Shown here in pieces: positions 48,952 to 61,578 of a DNA stretch of 64,000 bases. Position numbers and translations under genes: made by a program. Positions within the stretch are counted from its first letter, which is position 1. Every line of letters starts with the position of its first letter. The notes under the pieces were generated by a model that made no database searches, was not told the origin of the DNA, and worked only from the letters and a program-made list of their open reading frames with translations. The stretch is from Podarcis pityusensis. Its lineage: Eukaryota. The stretch is taken from the NCBI GenBank assembly GCA_964106645.2, contig OZ067041.1, one strand, 5' to 3'.

Positions 48952-49490
48952 TTATTTATGTCCCGCCCTCCCCAGCCGAAGCTGGGCTCAGAGCGGCTAA
49001 CAGCAATAAAAGTAACACAGCATTCTAAAATCAGTATTCTAAAATCAATTCAAAGTCAAATGGCAACCACTGGGCCAGAGTTCTACGAGGATCAGCAAAG
49101 GAGAGGGTCAGACTGTGCCTTGCAGAAGATGTCAAGTCCCGCAGGGCCCTAGTCTCTTGTGGCAGAGCGTTCCACCAGATCAGGGCCACAGCCAAAAAAG
49201 CCCTGGCTCTGGTTGAGGCCAGCCTAACCTCTCTGTGGCTTGGGACCTCTAAAATGTTTTTATTTGAAGACTGTAAAGTCCTCCGTGGGACATACCAGGA
49301 GAGGCGGTCCTGTAGGTACGAGGGTCCTAGGCTGTATAGGGCTTTAAAGGTTAAAACCAGCACCTTAAACCTGATCCTGTACTCCACCGGGAGCCAGCGC
49401 AGCTGGTATAGCACCGGGTGAATGTGATCCCGCGGCAAGGACCCCGTAAGGAGTCTCGCCGCAGCATTCTGCACCCACTGAATTTCTGTA
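48908..49490 (-). mobile_element. L2-clade LINE 3' fragment with (ATT)n tail
   Basis: ORF 49031-49474 QNAAARLLTG...HIHPVLYQLRWLPVEYRIRFKVLVLTFKAL...LWNALP-like is the L2 ORF2 C-terminus. Confidence 0.88.
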
Positions 49491-49746
49491 GCTGCAGCAC
49501 CAATTAAAGGGCTTCAAAGGCTTCATGTTTTTCAGAAAGACCCAGACATTGGATTAACGGGACTAGGAAAAGAGAAAGGTGTTGGAGGTTGTGCCACAAT
49601 GGGAGAGGGCCCTTTGCTGTGACTATGGACTTCAATAACAACAACAACAATAAATCACAACATGGAAGATGACCTCATTCAAAGAGCTAAGGATCCTTCA
49701 AGAAGCATCATGGGTAAAATACCAATGCAATTTGTCTCCCCTTTGC

Positions 49747-52700
49747 TCAAAACTCTGTTCTGGCGCAGGCATCTCTTTTACGCCTCTGGGGTAAGGAAAT
49801 GACCACCCTATCAGCTCGCACGATCTTACAGACGTCCCATCTGCGGGGAAGGACGTTGGCCTTAAATAGAAAGGCGGACAGATGCGAGACAGAGATGATG
49901 GTCAGCAAAGATACCAGCATGGTGAACAGCTTAAATGGGAACAGCTGGACATAGGCCCCGTCAACCAGAGAGCATCCTGGGTAATGGATGACCGGGGGGA
50001 TGTTCAGGGCGGGCTCCCCCGCCAAGAGGCGCAGGAGAAGGCCCAAGAAGAACCCGGCGGCGGAGCCGTAAGTGTTGGTGTTGCGAATGAAGAGGACGCA
50101 GCAGAGCTGGGGGAAGAGGAGAGCGTAGACGAGTTCTCCACTCAGGAACCAGAGGTCATAAATGGAATGGGCATAAAAAGCTAGACCTGCGGACATCATC
50201 CCAAAGATCACCATGGACATTCTCATCGCCCATAGCACTTCTTCCTCCGACGCCTGGAAATAAAGAAATAGGTGTTTTATTATTTGTTTAGGTGCTATTA
50301 CATTTCTATGCCGCTGTGGAGGTAACGCTCCGCTTGTGCTGAGGCACACCTTGCACCTGGCAGGCAACAGCGTGCCCAGGAGCCTTGCGCCCACGCTCCC
50401 TGAACTTGTGCCTCTTGGCTAGCAAACAGGGGGTTTCCCCTGACCGTTTGTCTTCTTAAAGATTTGGTCACTCGACATAACGCTTGGCTGGAGCATGACC
50501 AGGGACGCAGTTGTAATCAAGTACAGTGCTACCTCAGGTTAAGTACTTACCGTATTTTTTGCACCATAACACTCACTTTTTTCCTCCTAGAAAGTAAGGG
50601 TGCGTGTTATGGAGGGAATGCCTACGGGTGGCATGCCTACGGATTTTCCTCCTCTAAAAACTACGTGCGTGTTATTGTCGGGTGCGTGTTATAGAGCGAA
50701 AAATACAGTAATTCGTTCCGGAGGTCCGTACTTAACCTGAAACTGTTCTTAACCTGAAGCACCACTTTAGCTAATGGGGCCTCCTGCTGCCGTCGTGCTG
50801 CCGGAGCATGATTTTTGTTCTCATCCTGAAGCAAAGTTCTTAATCTGAAGCACTATTTCTGGGTTAGCGGAGTCTGTAACCTGAAGTGTATGTAACCTGA
50901 GGTACCACTGTATCGGGGAACATTTTAGGGAAACACCTGCTAACACGTGTATTTGATAACGCTGGAAATGTGCTTAGATGGAAATACGTCATGTTCAGAG
51001 TGGTTTCACTACTGATTCCAATTGTTGACTTCTGCTAGTAAAAAGAGGCTCTGCGAAGCTTGCTCTTCAGCTTGCTCACACACAGCTCCCTGTATCCAAC
51101 CTCCTGCCATCCTCCGTTATTCTTACAGCCGCCTTTCCTCCAACGAATTCAAGGTGGTGTGCATGATTCTCCTCTCCATTTTACCCATACAACAACCCTT
51201 TGAGGTAGGCTGGGGGCCGAGACGTGGCGACTGGCCCACCCAGGGAGCTTCATAGCTGAGTTCAGGTGGGCTGCTAGGGCCTAAACACAATTACACTAAG
51301 CTGGGTAACTTTTATCAATATCACTTATTATTACAGTGGTACCTCGAGTTACAAACGCCTCAGCTTACAAACACTTCAGGTTACAAACTCCGCTAACCTG
51401 GAAGAGTTACCTCGAGTTGAGAACTTTGCGAATGGAAATCGTGTGCCGGCGGCACAGTGGCAGCAAGAGGCTTCATTAGCGAAAGCACGCCTCTCGTTAA
51501 GAACAGTTTCAGGTTAAGAACGGACCTCCGGTAACAAATTAAGTTCGTAACTAGAGGTACCACTGTATTATTATTTAAATTGTCTTTCTGCGATTTGGGG
51601 TGGCTTTGAACCCTGTTGTTACTGGTTCCTGGAAATTCCCGGAAACCCCTTAAATTAAGAATTTTATTTCGTTTTAAAAGAAAGGTCTCTGCGATATTCT
51701 TTCTGGTAAAGTCAACTGCTTACCGCAAACCCCAAGAGCCGTTTTAGCTAATGAGATAATGAGATGAGGAGCCTTGCAATATATTTTACGAAATGTTACA
51801 AATCTATTTCCTATGATCATTCTGAGTGGCGTAATTCTGTGTAACTACTGGCTTCCTCTCTTTAAATTTTATTATGTTCCAGTGCATATTTCTGTTGTGG
51901 CCTTTCAAGTTTCTCTCTTCTTATAGAGAGAACCTAGATTTGGCCTAGCATTTAACATTCAGTTTCTTTCGTTTTTTTAATACAAATATCATGGGGTGAG
52001 GGGAGGGACAATTGACAGCATCAGAACAGACATGGAGAAAGGATTTAACCTTTTCCTCCCCAGGTGCAGGAAAATCATGCTTCTGTTTTGCATTGGGAGG
52101 AAATTCCTGCTTAATTTTCTTTAATTTTATTTCATAAAAATGTATGCACTGCTTGATTGTATATATATAAAAAAACACCCTCAAAGCAATTTATGAAAGG
52201 AATAAAACAATAAAACTATTCGTAAAAACAGTAGCAAGCAACAATTAAATCAGCGTAGAGATTTTAAACAAAGTGTAAGGTAGTCTCTATGTGAGTATAT
52301 TGTATTCAATTATGGGGTATCAGAGTTTTTAGGGGCTAACCAGGTTGGGATAGTTGGGATAGCAGGCTTGTTGGTTTTTGAATGTCTGATGTAGATTTTT
52401 TCAATTTTGTTGTTCTGTATAGGACAATGACAATAAAGATTATCGAATCGTAAAATCCATGATAAACTAAAAACAGATTAAAATACAAATCAACATTCTA
52501 CATATCTGGGTGGGCTTGTCAAAACAAAACAAATTTTTTAGCAGGCACCAAAAATAATATAGTGAAGACACTTGTGTCCCCCACAGACCTCCCTCCACCT
52601 GCTGGTGTCGATATTATTTGCAACAACTCACATTTTTCCTGAAGACTTTCCTGTATATGTTGTGAGCAAACAAGGTACCAGCCGAGAGCAAGGCAGAATC

Positions 52701-55700
52701 GCCCGAAGACATCACGGCAGCAGCCAGGGCGCCCAAGCCACCAAGGGCGACATACGTTGGGCACAGATGGTAGAGAACCAGTGGGAGAATAAGGGCAGAC
52801 TCTCCTCTGTCGTTGGGACTGGGGAGGCCATAGGCAGTCTGATTCCAGTCTTAGAAAGGAAACAGAGAAGCGTCATGTATGTTAAAAGGTTTAATCATAT
52901 TTCAGGATGAGGGTTAACGCATGCAAAGGAACAGGAAGTCTTCCCTATCACTTTTTCCAACGGGTAGAGTAGGCTAGGTTAGGAACAGCGTATCGTTGAA
53001 CGAAATTGGCTGTCCCTAAAATTCATCACACCCAAGGCGGCAACTTCTTTCTCCCCAGAAGAGTCAGGGAGGATTCGCAATCCTCCGGGTGGTGTTATGG
53101 AGCATGCTAATCTAACCTGTGGAAGCAGCGACAGCCCCAATGACAACAGAAGGGATGGCCATGATGAAGCACCCCAGTCCAGAAAGGTAGGAGATGAGCC
53201 TTCCTTCGTTTGGAGAAGAAGCCGAGAGAACGCGCTGGAAATAGATTTGCCACGGGATACTCCCAAGAACCTGGAAGAGAAGCAGAAGGTTATGAACATA
53301 TCGGTCAGCCTCCCATCACATACAGGCAGCCCCAAAGTCACTTCAGGCAATGCAATCCAAGTGCTGTTAGGTCTTGTGGCCTTCCGTTCCAACTGAGTCT
53401 TGTTCGAGCGACGAAGGGCTCACTCCCAATTTTGCTGTGGTTCCAAGTGGTTTCCCTCTTGCCTTGTTTCTTCCCAAGGGAAAACCCTTAGGAATCTATT
53501 CAGCAATAGATCAGAACAAATGGCAATCTCATAACCTCCAACATTCCTGAGGTGAAAGTAGGGACATTTCTGATTCCCCAACAACTGACCCTTCCTGACA
53601 CCCCCCCCCCCCATTTTTGGGTCTGTTCCCCCTGCAAAGCATTTCCTATCAGAAGAAGGGCAAGTGCTACCACCACTTCACAAACACAAACAACCATCCA
53701 CCGTCCTGAGGGGGGAAAACCCTTAATCCCGACTTTATTTACAAAAAGAAAACCACAGAAATAAATGTTAGAAAGGGGCAATACTAGCCCGAGGGCCAAA
53801 TCTTTAATTCCCCCACTCACTGTGGACCAAACTTGAGCAGAGAGCAGGGCAGTTCAAAGTTATCAGCGTAGCCAGTAATGGGGGCATTACAGGAAGCCGC
53901 TTGGAAATCCGTTCTCAGATGTGACTCAGATTCAAATTGTGAAGGGGTGTTTTTCCTCTGCAGGCATGGTATACATTTCCCCAGCTCATCCAACACAACT
54001 ATTTCTACAGTCTGGCCAGAATGAAATAAAACAGCAAGCGCCACCAGCTTGCCCTCCATCTGCCTTGGGAGCAGTTCTTACCAAATATAAGAAGTCATCG
54101 AACCACCTTCCAAGATACTGCACTTCCATTTTTCCAATCCAAGATGCTTGGAAGACGTCGTGCGCAGCAGTGTAGGCAATGCTTTTCGTTGCAGGGTTCA
54201 TGAGGGCGAAGGGGATACAAACCCACTTGTGGTAAAAAGAGAAACATCAGAATTATTTCCCCATCAAGTTCCCTCAAGGACACCAGCCTTGAGCTCTGGT
54301 TTGCAAAATATGCTACCCACAAGTTACCCACAAGTGAAAAGAGAAAAGTAAAATAAAATATCTGCTTCTGCTTGCCAAAATCCATTAAACAGAGGACATA
54401 GGTGAGTGATGAGTGATAGCTGCTCACCCACAGACAATATTAGATCTTACGAGCAGCTGGTTGCTGATGATTACTATAGAGAACTGGCTCCAATGTGCTT
54501 ATAGAAGCTCCTGCTCACACCTGAAGCTCCAGCAACACACATATAGAGAGAGCGCTCATTCACTTTGATGGTGCTCAGATTCACTGCAGGCAAAGATTAT
54601 CCCCAGACTCATAATTTTGTCCTAGCATTTTGTACCCATCACAGCCTCGCAGAGACCGCGACCAAGCCCCATGTGTGTAGAATATGGTTATGGGTTTTTT
54701 TAAAAAATCACACCAACATTTCAAGTGAGTAGTAAAATAACAATATTGGGACTTACCAGGCTAACTGTTATAAAGATCAGCTGTATTACATCTGTATATG
54801 CAACTGAGTACAGGCCGCCTAATAAAGTATAGATTATAACCGTGCATGCAGAGATAATAATGACTAAAATACCATGGATATCCAAAATGACCTGCATGGT
54901 TGCACCTGTGGAAAAAAGGACAATGTTAAGCTATAGCATGAAATTTAATGCGACACCATTTCCCTTACATCGTTATATTAGTGTGTAACACAAGTGACAG
55001 AATTGCTCCTTAGGAGATACAAGCATTAACATGAAGAGAGATGTTCTTCTAGACTAGATGTTTCCCCCCCCCCAACCAGATGCCCTCCAGTTGTTACTAG
55101 TCTGCAGTTCCAATCATTGGACTGTGATCATTGGCCACACCATCTGGGGCTGATGGCCTTTGAACCCCAAAACATCTGGAGTGCCAGAGGTTGGGAAAGG
55201 CTGCTCTAGGCATTATGAACATTCCCAGATGTGGAGTTCAGTTCTGATTATTCCTCAGGGCGGGTATGAAGTAGGGTTGTTGCAGGACATGGCTGAGGAG
55301 GGGTTGTGGCCTGGGGAGAGTGCCAAGGGCCAGAGAGAGAGAGATCTAGAGGGCCACATTGGGCTGCCTGGTCTGAGGTTCCTCATCCGACTTAGGGCAA
55401 ATCACTCCATCTATCTTTCCCCAGCCGTAGACATTTGAATTGCATGAAGTGGAAATGTGGGCTGCACGGACTCATGGGCCGTAATTAAAGGAGTTCCTAC
55501 TTTACTGAAACAAGCCTTCAGTCCTTAAGACAAGCAAGAGATGTTTAGTTACCTAAGGAAGCAAGAATAGCTGCAAACCAGAATATGTCCCCTATCAACG
55601 ATGGAATAAACATGAGGCTTGCCATCACATTCCCATATGTTTCTTGGAGTGGATCCATCACTGTCACGTACTTCTTCGATCTCATTGGATTGACAAAGAA

Positions 55701-58700
55701 GAGCCCACCTGTTAAAAAGCAGTTGTATTGCAATTATTGTCATCTGGGCAGAAGCAATGTTTTTAGATACCCAAAATTTCCCCCAAGGAGCTAAGAGTGG
55801 CACACGTGGTTCCTCTTTCCCATTTTTTCCTTAACAACAATCCTGTAGTCTGAGAGAAGGTGACTGGTCTGAAATCACCTAGCAAGTTTCCATAGCTGAG
55901 TGGAGGTTTGAACCGGGGTCTCCTCACACCTGGACCAGCACTCTGACCTGGGAATAGTCATCACAGTGACCTTCAGAGATGGCTGGATGGCAAACTGCTG
56001 GGTTGCTAGGTCATGTGACTGAGCTGAAAGGAGTTTGAAATAAGGGGTGTCTCCTCCTCTGCCCTGCCTCTGCCACACCCTTGGAGCACCTCTTTTGGGG
56101 TATTTTCCTGGCTTGGGCTTCACAGGATCAGAGATGGAGGGTTTGCACTGAAGTATTTATGGCTGGCCCAAGATAGGGAAATTTAGTCCAGATCCAGCCC
56201 AAGATCCACCTATCCAGAAATCCCCTCATCCCAGCGGATCTTGTGTTTGGATTACTCCTTGAGAGACTTTTCGTATGTGCGACAAGGGCAATTTGTGAGG
56301 AAACAATGTGAACCAAAGTCAAACTTCAGCATTCCCCTTGGACGAGGCTCTCATCATTTCCAGTAATGATTTTTATTGGATGGAATGCAGTGGTACCTTG
56401 GGATACAGACGCTTCAGGTTACATACGCTTCAGGTTACAGACTCCGCTAACCCAGAAATAGTACCTCAGGTTAAGAACTTTACCTCAGGATGAGAACAGA
56501 AATCACGTGGCAGCAGCGGGAGGCCCCATTAGTTAAAGTGGTACCTCAGGTTAAGAACAGTTTCAGGTTAAGAACGGACCTCCGGAACGAATTAAGTACT
56601 TAACCCAAGGTACCACCGTAGTTACATATTTAAGCTTTTTTGAAAACTTTACCAATAAGGAGAGACAGAGCAAATCCTACTGGGGCCTGGACCCACAGGA
56701 GTCCTCGTGAAGGCAGGTAGACAATTTCAGCAGTGCCATTGATATATGCTCCTCCAACCCACGTGGCTGAAAGAAAGCAGGAAGAACACACTTAAACTTG
56801 GACATTCGCTCAAAATGGACATCCCAGCTAAAAATAAATGCTGGGCTGTGCTGCCTTTAGCTCCAATTCCTATAAGGCCCTGAATAAGGGAAGGACCATG
56901 TCTCAGTGATAGAATATTTACATTGCACTTAGGACATCTCAGGTCTCAATCCCTGGCAATGAAAACCTCTTTTGCAATACTTTCTCTTTCAGACTGACGA
57001 GAGGTTTTATTTATTGATTGACTTTGGAAAAGAAGTGGCTACATGAGAATATGCATACACAGCACCTTTGGTTGGTTGGACAATATTAGGATCAAAATAT
57101 TTTAAAATTAAGGAAACTCTTGACACAATTAAGTCATTTAGAAAGATATGGAATATAATGCCAAATAAAAAACAGATTTGATCCACGCTAAATTGACTTT
57201 GTGGGGGAATCCCATTTTTAAAATTGGGGAAAGGATGGCATGTATGAAAAAATTGGATGGAAGCGGCATAATGACTTTGGATCAACCGATAGATGAGGAA
57301 GACAAATTTTATACGTTAAGTGTTTTAAGTGATAATTATCAATCGTCAGATGCATTCCAATAGCAATATCTGCAGCTACAACGTCTTGTAACAAAGAACA
57401 ACACACCCATCTCCCCCTCCCCATCTATTTCCCCCCAATCTCAAGAGGTCCATGACAAAAATGTCTCTCGCTACATGTAAACAAACTGCGAAAAAGACTC
57501 TTATGAACTGAAAGTGCAGACAAAAGATGTACCATACTTTCCCGTCTATAAGACGCCCCCATGTATAAGATGTCCCCTATTTTGGGGGACTCAGATTTAA
57601 GAAAATGGGGGGAGATGGCCCCATGCATAAGACTCCCCCTAATTTTTGACATTATTTTTTAGGGGGGAAAACTAGTCTTATACATGGTAAAATACTGTAC
57701 TTTCCCCTGTTGGTTTGTTTCGTAGCACAATAAAATCTTTAATAAAAACTAATTAAAAATTTAAAAAACAGTGTTTGCATTGGCGGCTTTTTCNNNNNNN
57801 NNNNNNNNNNNNNNNNNNNNNNNNNNNNNNNNNNNNNNNNNNNNNNNNNNNNNNNNNNNNNNNNNNNNNNNNNNNNNNNNNNNNNNNNNNNNNNNNNNNN
57901 NNNNNNNNNNNNNNNNNNNNNNNNNNNNNNNNNAGACACCAGATCTTTTGAAACAAAAAAACCCGGCAATTACATTTTATAGATATTTGTTATTAATAAA
58001 TAAGTTTGATATGCAGACTGTAAGAAACAACTGGAAATAAGATATGGATGTTCCTATAGACCAGGTAGACAGTGTGACAGTGTTTTAGTTTCCATAGCAA
58101 AGGCACCGATGGATCTTAAACTAAGGCTTACACAACAGAAAATAATATTTAGAATCTATTGGACTCCATTAGTTTTGCATAGAAAAGGACTGTTGAACGC
58201 AGCTCCTTGTTGGAGGATAATGCCTCTTGGAAACATGGTGTTCTTACAGTGTCCTATTGCCACTGAGTTTTCGGTGAAAGTTTTGAACTGTGTAAATACA
58301 ACTGTATGGAAAAACTTAAAATATTCAGAGGGAAATATTCTTTTGAATTATACACTTAATATATGGAAGTTGACAAGTGGACAGACAACAAAAATTGATT
58401 CTCTGTGTTCTAAGTATGCCCAAAAGACAGATATTGATGAATTGGAAAAACAAAAATCTGGTCCTCTTTAATCAATGGATTGAAGACATGACAGCACTCA
58501 CAACATATGAACGGATTGCATTTATAGATGCAGGCTTTGTTTGGATAAATATATTGATTTTTGGAACAAGTGTATACAGAATATAGCAGGTTATTAATCA
58601 TATAAGATACATATATAAAATTTTGTATAAATGAAAAACTTTAAAATATTGATTAATAAAAAAAACTTTGGAAAGGAAGTGCTTTAAAATTTAAAAAACT

Positions 58701-59496
58701 GCTATATTAGTCTATATTGCACCTTCTTCTTTCTCCCCCCCCCCCCCACATTATTTTGTATAACTGGAAAAAGAAACTTTGAAATATAAATAAATAAATA
58801 AGCTTGGGAAAGAAGTGCTTTAAAATAAATCAGCTGCAAAAAAAATTCTAGACCTAAGACTCAGATGCAGTAGTTCAGTGGTAGAATACTCCCTTTGCAT
58901 TCAGAAGGTCTCATGCTTCATCTGCAACATCTCCCCGTTAACGCTGGGAAAGACCACGGACATAAAAACGCACACACAAACTAATACCCAAACACAAAAA
59001 CTCTGACTTCCCCCTTCTGAATTTTGGCATTTTCCCGGGCCACTTAATCACCCAGCCACATTTCTGGACCCTGCCTAGACATCAGGTTAGTTCCTTTTAA
59101 AAATTGGCAATCCTGTCTCATGACAAAGCCCATCTATAACATCATGATGCCTCACACCATGAGTCATTAGAATTGTAAGTTGGAATCATATAATCCAACC
59201 CCTTGCAATGCAGGAATCTCAACTAAAGCATCCATGACAGATGGCCACCCAACCTCTGCTTAGAAACCTCCAAGGAAGGAGAATCCACAACCTCCTTGGT
59301 TTTTGGGAAATTGGTACTTACCGGTAGCGGTGAACAGTCCAAGGCAAAAACCCATTTTCCTGTTTCCCACCATGGCCACTTCACTGGGCTTCCTGCTTTT
59401 CAGCTTCTTGGCTTTCCAGGAAGCCCATATTCCAGTTGCTAAAGTAACAACATAAAAGGCAACCAGGGCCACCAAGCCGCTTGTGCTCAAAGCCAT
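49747..59496 (-). CDS. High-affinity choline transporter 1-like (SLC5A7/CHT1 paralogue, SSS family), 538 aa
   Basis: Exons 59496-59322, 56766-56653, 55708-55553, 54905-54757, 54225-54082, 53270-53117, 52849-52632, 50253-49747; 1617 nt, no stops or frameshifts. Motifs [70 protein letters not shown]. Confidence 0.92.
50524..50910. mobile_element. Tigger-like MITE-A containing a nested Tc2-like MITE (50550-50708)
   Basis: Outer TIR CAGTG(C/G)TACCTCAGGTTA; inner CCGTATTTTT...AAAAATACAG flanked by a duplicated TA. Confidence 0.85.
51334..51565. mobile_element. Tigger-like MITE, family A variant
   Basis: TIR CAGTGGTACCTC(G/T)AGTTAC, TA flanks. Confidence 0.85.
56388..56618. mobile_element. Tigger-like MITE, family A
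   Basis: TIR CAGTGGTACCTTGGG. Confidence 0.85.
57030..58666 (+). mobile_element. Decayed L1-clade LINE ORF2 3' portion, interrupted by a Tc2-like MITE (57532-57697) and an assembly gap
   Basis: Frameshifted peptides [10 protein letters not shown]...GIMTLDQ and [32 protein letters not shown] (zf-RVT-like); AATAAA plus poly(A) at ~58655. Confidence 0.7.
57794..57933. other. Assembly gap (140 N)
   Basis: Run of N. Confidence 1.
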
Positions 59497-59997
59497 CTTC
59501 TCCAGCTATCAGGAGATGTGAGTTTCTGGCAGTGGAGCCAAGTTCAAGCAGCAAAACGCCTGTGTCTTGTCAGACGAACCTTCTGCAAGCTCTTCCACTG
59601 GCGAACTGTTGCTATCTGAAGGACTAACTTGGGGTGTGCGCAAAGTGGGAGCAGAGCAGTTTATGACGTTGGAGTAGGACCCCGCCTATCTCTCTCTCAA
59701 CAGACTAAACAATCTCTGCGTGTGTGTCCTTCAATACCAGGAAAAAATGAGAGATTAATGGAACAAACAAAAAATATCCAGCATAGGGATTGTGGATACC
59801 AAGTGAGGTCTTGGAGCAATGATTCTTAAAGGGTGTTGCGCATCACACTGGATGGCAAGCGTGGCAGGAAGATTCAAGGACAATCGAAGAAACTTTTAAA
59901 CATGTCAGCGTACAGCACAGAATACTATCAAGTTCAGAAAAGAGAAATGCTTCTTTGAGTTGATGAGATGTGAGTGTCTCAGAATAGAGCTAACATA

Positions 59998-60412
59998 CCA
60001 TATTTTCCCGTGTATAAGACGCCCCCATGTATAAGACGTCCCCTCTTTTTAGGGACTCCAAATTGAGAAAATGGGGGGAGATTGCCCAGAGTTGTTGAGC
60101 TTTTTTGGGGGGTGCTGAAAACCGCTCACCTGCAGGACCACCACAGCCAATTGCACGCACATCAACAAAGCCACCAATCTTTGGCACGCAAGCAGAAAGC
60201 AAGCGCCAATCGCCCTATTGCCACAACAGCCAATAGCCTGCAGAACTTGCCGCACCAGCCAATCACCCGCAAATACGCCGTTGACAATCTCCTGCTTGCG
60301 GCAGCCACCAAACGCCCGTCCCACCTCTCCACTACCCATGTATAAGAGGACCCAAAAATTGTAGCATAATTTTAAAATAAAATAACCTCGTCTTATACAC
60401 GGAAAAATACGG
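59998..60412. mobile_element. Tc2-like (MER104/Kanga-type TIR) MITE
   Basis: CC(A/G)TATTTT(C/T)CCGTGTATAAGACG termini, TA flanks. Confidence 0.82.
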
Positions 60413-60943
60413 TAAATGAGATTACCTGGCAAAAGCAAGCTCATTGAGTTTGTAGGCATACTTAAGGTACATTTTATGCAAGAGGCTGGTTTGCAATTAT
60501 ATTTTGGGAGTGATTTATGTTCTTGTGCAGCTGCATTGTGCTATACTTTCTGGATGCCCCATTTTAAAGTAGTTGTGTTCTGTGTTAATTGTGGTGGCAA
60601 GGTGGCAGCGCTGGGGTGACAGCGGGGGCAAGGAGGGGGCCTGGATCTGTGGGCAGTGGCGGGGAGGGGGGATGTTTTGCTTACAGCAGCAAAACATCCT
60701 GGGCCGCCCATTATGCAGAAGGTTCCAGGTTCAGCTCCTGTCTGAAGCCCTGGTGATCCACTGCCAACGATTGTGGGAAATACTGAGATATGGTGATCTA
60801 ACTTGGTGAAAGGCAGCGTCCTACATCATTCCATTTTAGAGCTCATTTCTCCTCATATACACATTGTTGCAAACCATTTCTCCGATATGATGCATGTTAA
60901 CGTTACTTTCAACATTATGTTTTGATGCATGCTTTCTAATTTT

Positions 60944-61340
60944 TGTTGTTGTTTAGTCGTTTAGTCGTGTCCGACTCTTCGTGACCCCATGGACCAGAGC
61001 ATGCCAGGCACTCCTGTCTTCCATTGCCTCCCGTAGTTTGGTCAAACTCATGTTGGTTGCTTCAAGAACACTATCCAACCATCTCGTCCTCTGTCGTCCC
61101 CTTCTCCTTGTGCCCTCCATCTTTCCCAACATCAGGGTCTTTTCCAGGGAGTCTTCTCTTCTCATGAGGTGGCCAAAGTATTGGAGCCTCAGCTTCAGGA
61201 TCTGTCCTTCCAGTGAGCACTCAGGGCTGATTTCCTTAAGAATGGATAGGTTTGATCTTCTTGCAGTCCATGGGACTCTCAAGAGTCTCCTCCAGCACCA
61301 TAATTCAAAAGCATCAATTCTTCGGCGATCAGCCTTCTTT
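60944..61340 (-). mobile_element. Bov-B LINE, 5'-truncated
   Basis: ORF 60953-61282 is the Bov-B RT C-terminus. Confidence 0.92.
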
Positions 61341-61578
61341 CAGCTAGGGAACTGCAATTTGATCTAGTTCACATTTAAATGTGAACTTATGTAATTCACA
61401 CTTGCCTAATTCACAAAACAAGATGCAAACCAAAACATGCCCATCCTTTGCAGTTAGCACTTTTCCGAATTTTGCAATGCAGTTCTCCAACCAAGGAATG
61501 TGTATGTAAATGTATATGCTAGGGCAAAGTGTATATTAGAGAAAACAAAGTACAAAAATGCATTGCAAAAAATGTGTA

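Noticed and set aside
57739-58040. ORFs spanning the N run
   Set aside because: Assembly-gap artefacts.
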